From Methanocella sp. (GTDB lineage: Archaea > Thermoproteota > Bathyarchaeia > Bathyarchaeales > Bathycorpusculaceae), in contig JBLNCY010000040.1 of assembly GCA_050261115.1 (NCBI GenBank), positions 1 to 17,561 on the forward strand: a DNA stretch of 17,561 nucleotides. Reading direction: 5' to 3'. Position 1 is the stretch's first letter, and every line of letters starts with the position of its first letter. The translations under genes were made by a program, and so were the position numbers. Shown here piece after piece: positions 7,740 to 15,516 of the stretch. The notes below the pieces were generated by a model. That model had not been told where the DNA came from, searched no databases, and was given only the letters and a program-made list of their open reading frames with translations.

Positions 7740-7752
7740 AAAAAACTTAAAG
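7740..7752 (+). promoter_or_regulatory. BRE/TATA of the tRNA-Leu gene (AAAAAACTTAAAG); may also serve the opposite-strand ncRNA unit
   Basis: A-rich BRE followed by CTTAAA about 33-38 bp upstream of the mature tRNA 5' end. Reads CTTTAAGT on the minus strand. Confidence 0.6.
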
Positions 7753-7783
7753 TGTAGCATGTTGACTCTATTCGGATGCTGGT

Positions 7784-7911
7784 GGCGGGGTATCCGAGCC
7801 AGGTCTAAATAGGTGGCCAGATACTAAACCAATTTGCCCCTAAGATATGGAGGAGGACTTAAGATCCTCTGGCGCAGGCCTTCGTGGGTTCAAGTCCCAC
7901 CCCCGCCACCA
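7784..7911 (+). tRNA. trnL: tRNA-Leu (anticodon UAA) with encoded CCA and a 40-nt intron (7809-7848) at position 22/23
   Basis: Acceptor GGCGGGG/CCCCGCC-A-CCA. Spliced D-arm TCCGAGCCAGGTCTAA|GGAG. Anticodon arm GAGGA-CTTAAGA-TCCTC. Long variable arm GGC-GCAG-GCC. T-arm GTGGG-TTCAAGT-CCCAC. Mature length 88 nt. Confidence 0.95.
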
Positions 7912-7918
7912 TTCCGTT

Positions 7919-7962
7919 AAAATACTGGGGGTTTATCCCTGGCATACCCCTTCAGTATTTTT
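7919..7962 (+). terminator. Hairpin with T-tract directly after the tRNA
   Basis: Inverted repeat AAAATACTG-GGGGT...ACCCC-TT-CAGTATTTT ending in a T run. Confidence 0.55.
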
Positions 7963-8020
7963 GGCTAACTTTCGTGTAGCAAGTATTTTTAAACTCAGCT
8001 TATAACATCAATATGAGGAT

Positions 8021-8659
8021 TTGACTCGTCTGATTGAATTTAACGAATTAACAGACGTCTCGTCATCGGCTTTCAGGGATGCCATGGATATCTATACAGA
8101 AGCGATACCCGCCGCAGAGAGGCAAAGTATTGATGCCATAACGGAGCGGATCAGCTTGGGCAAGGAACGACTCTATATTGGATGGGCAGAGGGAAAGGTA
8201 GTTTTTATGGCGCTTCTATTTCCGCTGGAAGACGCCCCGTTTGTTCTTCTGGATTATATGGCGGTCAAAACAGCTTATCGCAAAGGCGGTATCGGGTCAG
8301 ATTTCCTAAAAAACATCTACCGAATCACGGGCTATAAGAACGAACTTATCCTAATCGAGGTCGAAGACCCCAAATCAGGCCTTGACAAAGAGGCCAAACA
8401 GTGCCGGGTTTACTTCTACCGCAAGAACGGAGCAAAAATCCTCAAAAATGTACGCTATCTCTTGCCGCCTTTGCAGGGGAATTCGCCGACGGATATGCTT
8501 CTTTTAGTTTTGGCTAAAAAACAGCCTGTTTGGCTTTCTGGGGGCGCCGTTAAGGATGCGATTAGGCAAATTTATCGGGAGCTTTACTGCAGAGATGAGG
8601 GTGACTCTTTGTTGAGGTCGTTTATTGACGATGTGCCTCAGAAGGTGCAGTTGGGTTGA
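8021..8659 (+). CDS. GNAT-family N-acetyltransferase
   Basis: Motif A LLDYMAVKTAYRKGGIGS, then IEVE, FYRKNG and YLLPPL. N-terminal IYTEAIPAAER. TATA-like TTTTTAAA about 30 bp upstream. Confidence 0.85.
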   Translation: MTRLIEFNELTDVSSSAFRDAMDIYTEAIPAAERQSIDAITERISLGKERLYIGWAEGKVVFMALLFPLEDAPFVLLDYMAVKTAYRKGGIGSDFLKNIYRITGYKNELILIEVEDPKSGLDKEAKQCRVYFYRKNGAKILKNVRYLLPPLQGNSPTDMLLLVLAKKQPVWLSGGAVKDAIRQIYRELYCRDEGDSLLRSFIDDVPQKVQLG

Positions 8660-8916
8660 TGCCGGTTGCTTGTGTCTTAATATAACTGTTTTTGTTTGAC
8701 CGTTTGTAACTGAAAGCTACTGTTTTCTATACAACTGCACTTCTTTCAATGCTCAAAATTTTAGTTGATTTTTTAAATCATTCAAAAGAAGTCATATTTT
8801 TAAATATTTTGGGCAATAAAACTAGCTTAAATTACGTTTCAACATGTAAGAGTAACAGCTTATTATACGCAAACGTTTTATTCTCTATGCTCCAAATAAG
8901 TTCGTGGAGATGTAAG

Positions 8917-9234
8917 ATGCCAAGTGCATATGTGTTATTCAATGTCTCCCCTGGTTTTGAAGCATACGTTTTAAATGAAGCAAAAAAAATTGGTGGAATA
9001 CAAGAGGCATACGTCTCTTATGGCGTCTATGATTTAATTTTGAAGGTCAAAGCACACACAAACGAGGAACTAAAGGAACTTGTTATGTTCAAACTTCGCA
9101 GGTTACCTAACGTAACAGCCACATTGACACTGATGCTAAACGACCTAGAGGTCCCCATTAGAACCCCCGCAAAGCGGAAAGAATCCCACCCGCAGCTTCC
9201 ACCGCTAACTCAGCTAACTCCCCTATATCCCTGA
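8917..9234 (+). CDS. Stand-alone Lrp/AsnC ligand-binding (RAM) domain protein with a Pro-rich tail
   Basis: MPSAYVLFNV...EAYVSYGVYDLILKV...LRRLPNV..TLTL is the RAM signature. No HTH. ATG 8917 follows GGAGA; the upstream in-frame extension is AT-rich and probably non-coding. Confidence 0.85.
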   Translation: MPSAYVLFNVSPGFEAYVLNEAKKIGGIQEAYVSYGVYDLILKVKAHTNEELKELVMFKLRRLPNVTATLTLMLNDLEVPIRTPAKRKESHPQLPPLTQLTPLYP

Positions 9235-9238
9235 GTTG

Positions 9239-10096
9239 CTAGGGCGACTGGGCCACTTTTCTTAGCAGAAACATATTCACGGCATCGGTGAGTGCTTCAC
9301 AGGCAAACCACCGCTCTTCTAAAGACCCATCCGATTCTAATCCCTCTAAATTCTTCTGCAGTTTTTTTATCTCCTCAAGCACTGGGTCTCTGCGCTTGTC
9401 AAACTCGTCGCGCAGCAGTTTCTGGGCTTGCTTTAAGTCAAGCGTAGCTAACTCGAGTTCGGTCTGCTTTTTGGTTAACTCTTCAATTATTGCTATTTCT
9501 CGGCGTTCCCTCTCTTTTTTAGAGATTCTGTGGAAGAGGCCGGCTTTTGTTTTAATGATTTTTTCCTGTTCTTTTTTTAGTTCTTCTATCTCATTGTTTA
9601 TGCGTTGGATTACGAGATGGTTGCTTTCTCTGAGTGTACGGGTTCGGTTGGCGTATTCGTTGTCGATTTCCCGTAGCTGGTTTTTCTGTTGTGAGAGACT
9701 CTGTAGTTCTTGGTCTATGGTGGTTTCTTTTCGGTGTATCTGTTCAAGATTGTTCCTGATGCCGTTGAGTATCTGCTGACAATCGTCTGTGAATTCGTCG
9801 TCTATGCCTATGTTTGGGTTAGAGGTGAAATCCGCTAAAACTGTTTCTACGCTTGCTATCCAGCGGTTGAAGTGTTCGCTGTAGGGGAAGGAGCCGAATC
9901 TTTGGTTGCCCAAGGTGTGTAAGCGTTTGAGGGTGTCTTCTATTATTTCTTGCTGGGTTGGGATGTGCTGGGCGTTGTCTATGGCTTGGGCGGTGCTTCT
10001 TTGGAGGTGCTTTTTTGCTTTACTTTTTTGGGTGAATGGCTGTTTATATTGGCGGCTTTTGCCTTTGCGACTGTTTGTGGGTGGCTGGTACCCCAT
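9239..10096 (-). CDS. Hypothetical coiled-coil protein with a basic N-terminus
   Basis: Long E/K/Q/L heptad-rich central region. Globular-looking ends (LGNQRFGSFPYSEHFNRW; LEERWFACEAL). ATG at 10096 chosen as the start. Confidence 0.8.
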   Translation of the reverse strand: MGYQPPTNSRKGKSRQYKQPFTQKSKAKKHLQRSTAQAIDNAQHIPTQQEIIEDTLKRLHTLGNQRFGSFPYSEHFNRWIASVETVLADFTSNPNIGIDDEFTDDCQQILNGIRNNLEQIHRKETTIDQELQSLSQQKNQLREIDNEYANRTRTLRESNHLVIQRINNEIEELKKEQEKIIKTKAGLFHRISKKERERREIAIIEELTKKQTELELATLDLKQAQKLLRDEFDKRRDPVLEEIKKLQKNLEGLESDGSLEERWFACEALTDAVNMFLLRKVAQSP

Positions 10097-10167
10097 GTTT
10101 AACACGTATAGTGTTGGTCGTATTTAGCTTCTATCCATTTTTGGTTTGCCGACCGGAACTCAACTAC

Positions 10168-10284
10168 GTGGTAATCGTGGTTACACAATCAAGTGACACA
10201 TCCATTCTACCCTTAGCTATTAGTTATTGCTGCATTAATCCCAGCAATCGTTGGGTTCTGCTTGTGGTTCTACGCAGAAAGTAG
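10168..10284 (+). pseudogene. Possible frameshifted remnant of a C-terminal membrane anchor
   Basis: Frame A gives QSSDTSILPLA, frame B gives LLVIAALIPAIVG, and frame A resumes with VLLVVLRRK*. Followed by a T-rich tract. Confidence 0.4.
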
Positions 10285-10378
10285 CCCACTTCACCCTTCT
10301 CTTTTTGTTTCTATCCTTAGTTTGGCGAGTTTTTGGCGAACATAAATAAGCCATCAAGCCAGTACCCTTCTGAGTATC

Positions 10379-10948
10379 ATGAAATCAACCTGCCCAGTCT
10401 GCGGACAGACCTACCGCGGCATCGCCCTAACCACCGTAAAAGACGCACAACCCATTGAAGTCTGCCCCACATGCTACAAAACCCTCGACGCCGAATACCG
10501 CAAAACAAGTTGCTTAGCCTGCGTATTTTTTGACAGCGGCGCCTGCGAGTTGTTTGCTACTGAACTAGAGGAACCCTATGTTGCTAGCGCTAAATGCGGC
10601 TACTTTACCACAAGCACAGACGAATCAGCTGTGGCGCGGGCTAGGATTAAAAAGTTTGAGATGTCCGGCCGCTTTGAGGACGCCGCCAGAGAATACGAAA
10701 AGTTGGGTATGCAAGCGGAAGCTCAAGAAGCCCGCCGAAAAGCAGCGGATGCGCCGGTTCAGGTTTTGGCTTTGCCTGAAGCATTGCAGCTGCTTAGTCA
10801 ACGGGGGCAGGTTTTGACCTATTACTGCTGCCATTGTGGCGCCCCCATTAAGGTCGGTGCAGGAATTGAGGTTTCAAAGTATTGTCCTAAGTGCAAGTAT
10901 GACTTGTCTGCTATTGACCTTGCAAAGCTGATTAACCAGCACCTTTAA
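10379..10948 (+). CDS. Multi-zinc-ribbon / Cys-rich hypothetical protein
   Basis: CPVC...CPTC; CLAC-x6-C-x15-C; a helical-repeat-like segment (GRFEDAAREYEKLG); CCHC...CPKC. TATA-like ATAAATA about 25 bp upstream. Confidence 0.82.
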   Translation: MKSTCPVCGQTYRGIALTTVKDAQPIEVCPTCYKTLDAEYRKTSCLACVFFDSGACELFATELEEPYVASAKCGYFTTSTDESAVARARIKKFEMSGRFEDAAREYEKLGMQAEAQEARRKAADAPVQVLALPEALQLLSQRGQVLTYYCCHCGAPIKVGAGIEVSKYCPKCKYDLSAIDLAKLINQHL

Positions 10949-11009
10949 CTCTCAGGGTTGTGTGGCCATGCGTGAAGGTTTAAATTTGGCGTGTTAGTGT
11001 TTGGTTGCT

Positions 11010-11098
11010 TGGTGAGGAGCGCCTGTGAAGCGGTTAGGGGACCCCTCTCCCTTCTATCTGGGGTTTTACTAGCTGTTGGAGTAGGAACAGACTCACCA
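11010..11098 (+). ncRNA. Candidate ~89-nt hairpin sRNA with its own promoter
   Basis: TTTAAA at 10979-10984 puts the TSS at about 11010. Stems TGGTGAG/CTCACCA, CCTG/TAGG, CGGTTAG/CTAGCTG and GGGACCCC/GGGGTTTT. Pyrimidine/T-rich tract immediately downstream. Confidence 0.5.
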
Positions 11099-11191
11099 CT
11101 TCTTATTTATTCTCAGTCCCGATTTCTGATACAGTTGATTAATAAGCCCTAACCCCTATACGGTAGAGACCATTAATTGGGGAACACATAC

Positions 11192-14100
11192 ATGGGCAAT
11201 CCACTACGAAAGATCATAATCGTAATTCTAATCGCATCTCTTATCATGAGTAGTAACCTTGCAGCAGCCATAACCTTAACAGACGAAAGGCCTGCTGTCG
11301 GTCTCCAAACTGATCCGCCTCAATTAGACCTTGTCAACCTTGCATACACAGACTGCTTTACGGCGGATTGGAGCCCCAGCGCCCTAGCCGCCTACACCGA
11401 AGGCGCAGAAAATGTTGAAATCATCATCGGCCTAGACGGCAATCCCCAGAGCCAAACGGGAGTAGCGGCTTATGCAGCTCAAAACGGCGGCCGCATAATC
11501 AACACACTTTCTATGGGTTCTAAGAGCGCCGTCGTTGTTAGCATACCCGTAAATGCTGTAGCCTCTTTCGTTGCTGCTGTTCAGGGTTCTGGATTATCTC
11601 GTTATGTTGAGATAAACGGCGAGTGTCATGTTTACTCTATGCCCAATGACCCCTATTGGAATCAACAGTGGGGTACCCAGCGAATCGGCGCCGACTATGC
11701 CTGGAATACCACGGTCGGCAGCGAGGATCTTGTGGTTGCCGTTATAGATACCGGTATTGACTATTACCACACAGACCTTGCCGATTGCTACATAGGTGGC
11801 TATGACTTCGTAAATGATGACCCATTCCCTCTTGATGATAATGGTCACGGAACCCATTGCGCTGGTATACTCGCCGCCACCATGAACAACGCCGAAGGCA
11901 TTGCAGGAGTTGCCCAGGTGAAGATAATGGCTCTAAAAGGTCTCGGTGCATCGGGGTCAGGTTCATTTGTTGCTCTTGCTCAATGTTTAATTTATGCCAC
12001 CGATGCGGGTGCCCGCATCTTAAGTAACAGCTGGGGCAGCAGCAATTGGGGCGCTTTAACAAACGGTTACCTAATATCAGACGCAATCGAGTACGCAACC
12101 TCTCAGGGCGTTTTAGTCTTGGCATCCGCCGGAAACGACAACCTGAACAAAAATGTGTTTCCTGCAATGGATAGCAATGTGGTCGCAGTTGCCGCAACCA
12201 ACAGAAGTGATACGAAAGCCTCCTTTAGCAACTATGGGGATTGGGTAGACGTCGCCGCACCCGGTGTAGATATCATGTCAACCTTCCCCACCTATCAAGT
12301 TACCCTAAACGACCGACCGGGTTATGAAACGACTAGGAATTATGCATCTTTTAGCGGTACTTCTATGGCTTGCCCCATGGCGGCGGGCGTCGCAGCCCTA
12401 ATCTGGAGCACATACCCCCAGATGGATGCAGAAGCAGTCCGAAATCATCTGGAAGCAACCTGTGACGACGTAGGCGAGGTCGGCTTTGACATCTATTTCG
12501 GACATGGCATAGTTAACGCTTCAAGAGCGGTAACTCAGTTGCCGGTTCAGCATGACTTAGTCGCTCGGAGCTGGATTAAGCCATCTTGTGCTATGCTTAA
12601 TGAAGCGGCGGCGTTCACTTTGACCGTGGCTAATCGAGGCGCCCAAGACGAGACCGACGCTGAGGTTAGGTTAGTGGTGAATGATACGGTGGTGGATTCC
12701 ACTGTAATAGCGTCTTTGTCTTGCTATACCTCTAGTAGCATTATGCTCTCTTGGACACCAACCGAAACTGGAACCTACAACGTAACTTATATTGTCACCC
12801 CCAGTTCAGGTGAAACTGACCTCTCTAACAACGAGTTATCAGCCGTTTACACTGTTGTGGTATCGCCAAGCGAAGACAATTGGACACTACTAGCCAATAA
12901 TACTGATTCAGGCGTGGGTTGTGGTCTTAAAGAGGCATATAGTCAACTTGACGATGGTGTTGTCTTCTTAAAAGTAGCTTTTTACCGTAACTGGAACATA
13001 GCATCTCAAGCCATAGATGCATGGGTATTGATTGATTCAGATCAGAATTCCCGTACTGGTATACCTCTAAACGCCTACCCTGGCCAAGAAGACTGCCTTG
13101 GCGTCGATTACATGATTCTAGTCGGCATTGAGGGCAATGAAATCTTGCGGTGGAATACCACTGAGCGATCCTGGGATAGTAACAGTTTGCAGCTGCTCTA
13201 TCTAGACGCTCCAAACAACACCAATACCTATGTTGTTGGAGTTGCTGCTGAGGACATTGAGGTTGCTGATTCTTTTGATTGTTCGTTTGTCGAGGTCACA
13301 GTTCTCTTTATGCCGTCCTATATCTGGACCTACTGGAACTGGATGCCGACCTCAGGTTATGTGCCGTTTAGTCCACAACGCAACCAACATGACTTAGCGG
13401 TAACCCTTGAAACCAATAATATCTATGCTCCCAATGCATCCTACACGGTGACTGCTACAGTCTACAATTTAGGGCAATCAAATGAATCCAACGTAAACCT
13501 AGAGTTGTTCGTAGACGGTCAAGTGGTTAATAGTACTACATTCCCAAGCATAAGTAGTAGCGGATATGGTAAACTAACGTATGCCTGGAACGCCACCAAG
13601 GGCTATTATAACATAACTGCCTATGCCGCTTCGGTGGATGATGAAGCAACAGTCCAAAATAACGTTCGAACAAGGTTTGTTTCCGTTACCCCAAAAATAG
13701 CCGTTATTTCCGATAACGATGAGCTCTGGGAAATCTTAACAATCCTTGAAAGCATGAGCGTCAACTATGGCTATGGATACGATAACTCCCATATGCGCTA
13801 TACAGCTTACCCTGATTTGCTGAGTCAGTACCCCCTTATAATTTACTTTAACACCCATGACATATCGTCTACGGAAAAGGCTGTGTTAAACCAGTATTTG
13901 GCTAACGGCGGTAAACTCATCGTTACAGGCAGCAACGCGCTGGCTAATCCAGAAGCTCGTCTCGGCGAAGTTGTAAGAGCGATTTCAAGCGGGGACGACA
14001 TAAACCAACCTGACCTGCATGTAATGAACGCGTCTCATCCCATAATGAACGGCCCATACGGTAAATTCGCCCAAGGCTACTGCGTCTCAGACCTAAACCC

Positions 14101-15397
14101 CGACAATGACGCCGTAATAGCAGACACCGCAAAAAACGCCGTTTCCATCGCAAAATTAGCTGACGGTAAAGACAAAATCATAGTTACAGACAACCTCCCC
14201 GGCACCGTTATCTTCTGGAACGGCATCGCAATAGAGGACTGGCTATACAACCCCGACTGCCAAGCTATATTCAAAAATATGCTGATTTGGCTCCTAGGCT
14301 CCACAGGGCCATCTACCACATCAGACTATGACGGCGCATGGCATACTACTGATTTTACAATCAATCTCTCTGCAAACAGTGAATTGGGGGTTGTCGGGAC
14401 TCATTACCGGATAAACGAGGCTGCTACTAGAGTCGTCAGTTTGGATGGTCAACCCCACATCACCGCTGAGAGCGCCAATAATACCTTAGAGTACTGGAGC
14501 ACCGACGTTTATGGTTACCAAGAAAAGCATCATTACCTTACAGGTATCAAGCTGGATAAAACTGCACCTACTGCAAATGTAGGCGATAACCAAACAATCA
14601 CAATTACCGAGGACAATACTGTTACATTCAATGGTAGCGGCAGCACTGACAATTTAGGCATAGTATTTTACTCATGGAACTTTGGAAGTGGAACTGAAGT
14701 ACAAGGCATGACAGTTAACCACACCTACAACAGCACAGGCACATACACAGTAACATTAACAGTAGCCGATGCAGCCGGAAATACAGACCAAGCGTCAGTA
14801 ACGGTTTATGTTATCGAAAAACCTTCCCCAACGCCAGCGCCGACCCCTACTTCAATGCCAACTCCAACTAAATCAGCTACGACTCCAACGCCGACAATTA
14901 AACCCACCATAGCCCCAACTCCAATGCCGACCCCAACTTCTGCCCCCAATACCATACCCGTAACAGTTGACAACGACCAAACCGTGCAACTCTCAATAAG
15001 TGGAAACATAACCGCCACCCAAATAACCAACGCAACAATCCACCTAAACCAAACCGCCGCAACAACAACCATACGCTTTAGGGTTACAGGCGAGAGCGGC
15101 ACCACTGGGTTTGGAAACTTAACCGTACCTAAAAGCCAAGTGCCGCTTGGGTCTTCGCCTGTAATCTACATAGACGGTGAACCAGCAGAGAATCAAGGCT
15201 TCACAGAGGACGCAAACAACTACTATGTCTGGTATATGGTGCACTTTAGTACGCATGAATTATCGATTGTCTTTGTGGGTGCTTCTGTGGTTAATGCGTC
15301 GGCCGATTATACGGTTTGGATTGCGTTAGCTGTGGTTGCTTTGATTGTTTGTGTGGTTGCTGTTTTGTTGTTTAAGCGGCGAAGTTCCGCTTTCTAA
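11192..15397 (+). CDS. Secreted, C-terminally membrane-anchored S8 (subtilisin-like) serine protease with CARDB-like Ig domains, a PKD domain and a Pro/Thr linker
   Basis: Signal peptide and prodomain. Catalytic VAVIDTG, NGHGTHCAG and GTSMACP, oxyanion AGND. Two CARDB-like repeats (HDLV/HDLAV...TV.N.G..E.....L.V....V...NN). PKD domain (WNFGSG..HTY..GTY.VTLTV.D). PT repeats, then a C-terminal TM helix followed by KRR. Confidence 0.95.
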   Translation: MGNPLRKIIIVILIASLIMSSNLAAAITLTDERPAVGLQTDPPQLDLVNLAYTDCFTADWSPSALAAYTEGAENVEIIIGLDGNPQSQTGVAAYAAQNGGRIINTLSMGSKSAVVVSIPVNAVASFVAAVQGSGLSRYVEINGECHVYSMPNDPYWNQQWGTQRIGADYAWNTTVGSEDLVVAVIDTGIDYYHTDLADCYIGGYDFVNDDPFPLDDNGHGTHCAGILAATMNNAEGIAGVAQVKIMALKGLGASGSGSFVALAQCLIYATDAGARILSNSWGSSNWGALTNGYLISDAIEYATSQGVLVLASAGNDNLNKNVFPAMDSNVVAVAATNRSDTKASFSNYGDWVDVAAPGVDIMSTFPTYQVTLNDRPGYETTRNYASFSGTSMACPMAAGVAALIWSTYPQMDAEAVRNHLEATCDDVGEVGFDIYFGHGIVNASRAVTQLPVQHDLVARSWIKPSCAMLNEAAAFTLTVANRGAQDETDAEVRLVVNDTVVDSTVIASLSCYTSSSIMLSWTPTETGTYNVTYIVTPSSGETDLSNNELSAVYTVVVSPSEDNWTLLANNTDSGVGCGLKEAYSQLDDGVVFLKVAFYRNWNIASQAIDAWVLIDSDQNSRTGIPLNAYPGQEDCLGVDYMILVGIEGNEILRWNTTERSWDSNSLQLLYLDAPNNTNTYVVGVAAEDIEVADSFDCSFVEVTVLFMPSYIWTYWNWMPTSGYVPFSPQRNQHDLAVTLETNNIYAPNASYTVTATVYNLGQSNESNVNLELFVDGQVVNSTTFPSISSSGYGKLTYAWNATKGYYNITAYAASVDDEATVQNNVRTRFVSVTPKIAVISDNDELWEILTILESMSVNYGYGYDNSHMRYTAYPDLLSQYPLIIYFNTHDISSTEKAVLNQYLANGGKLIVTGSNALANPEARLGEVVRAISSGDDINQPDLHVMNASHPIMNGPYGKFAQGYCVSDLNPDNDAVIADTAKNAVSIAKLADGKDKIIVTDNLPGTVIFWNGIAIEDWLYNPDCQAIFKNMLIWLLGSTGPSTTSDYDGAWHTTDFTINLSANSELGVVGTHYRINEAATRVVSLDGQPHITAESANNTLEYWSTDVYGYQEKHHYLTGIKLDKTAPTANVGDNQTITITEDNTVTFNGSGSTDNLGIVFYSWNFGSGTEVQGMTVNHTYNSTGTYTVTLTVADAAGNTDQASVTVYVIEKPSPTPAPTPTSMPTPTKSATTPTPTIKPTIAPTPMPTPTSAPNTIPVTVDNDQTVQLSISGNITATQITNATIHLNQTAATTTIRFRVTGESGTTGFGNLTVPKSQVPLGSSPVIYIDGEPAENQGFTEDANNYYVWYMVHFSTHELSIVFVGASVVNASADYTVWIALAVVALIVCVVAVLLFKRRSSAF
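14822..14948 (+). repeat. Coding low-complexity Pro/Thr repeat (linker of the protease)
   Basis: Encodes PSPTPAPTPTSMPTPTKSATTPTPTIKPTIAPTPMPTPTSAP. Confidence 0.85.
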
Positions 15398-15399
15398 TC

Positions 15400-15421
15400 T
15401 TTTTTTTGTTTTTCCTTTTTT
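15400..15421 (+). terminator. Oligo-T archaeal terminator of the protease gene
   Basis: TTTTTTTTGTTTTTCCTTTTTT directly after the stop codon. Confidence 0.65.
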
Positions 15422-15516
15422 GGTCTCAACAAACGTCTGTATTACAATTGTATTACTGTTGATAATGCTTTTATGCGCAAAACCCCTCAACCCGCTAAAA
15501 AAGAAAAGGAAAAAAC

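Larger units (their letters stand above)
7176..7750 (-). repeat. Diverged tandem duplication of a ~250-290-bp non-coding unit (unit 1: 7176-7467; unit 2: 7506-7750)
   Basis: Collinear shared blocks (+ strand): GGGTCTGG.GGA (7176/7506), GGGTTGAGTCTAAACC.CAC (7247/7536), GGTCTTTA..AG.TACC (7330/7614), TGTGAAGC.TGTTCCTCAACC (7368/7651), GTGACT.CA (7427/7713), TAGCAACAAC...CCC.AAA..TTAA (7442/7724). The sequence between blocks is unrelated. Confidence 0.88.

Noticed and set aside
7884-7911. tRNA-Leu 3' end as an integration (att) site
   Set aside because: No duplicated tRNA 3' fragment and no integrase seen in the window.
8749-8916. N-terminal extension of the Lrp/AsnC ORF as an HTH domain
   Set aside because: AT-rich, promoter-like sequence with no HTH pattern; the RBS supports the start at 8917.
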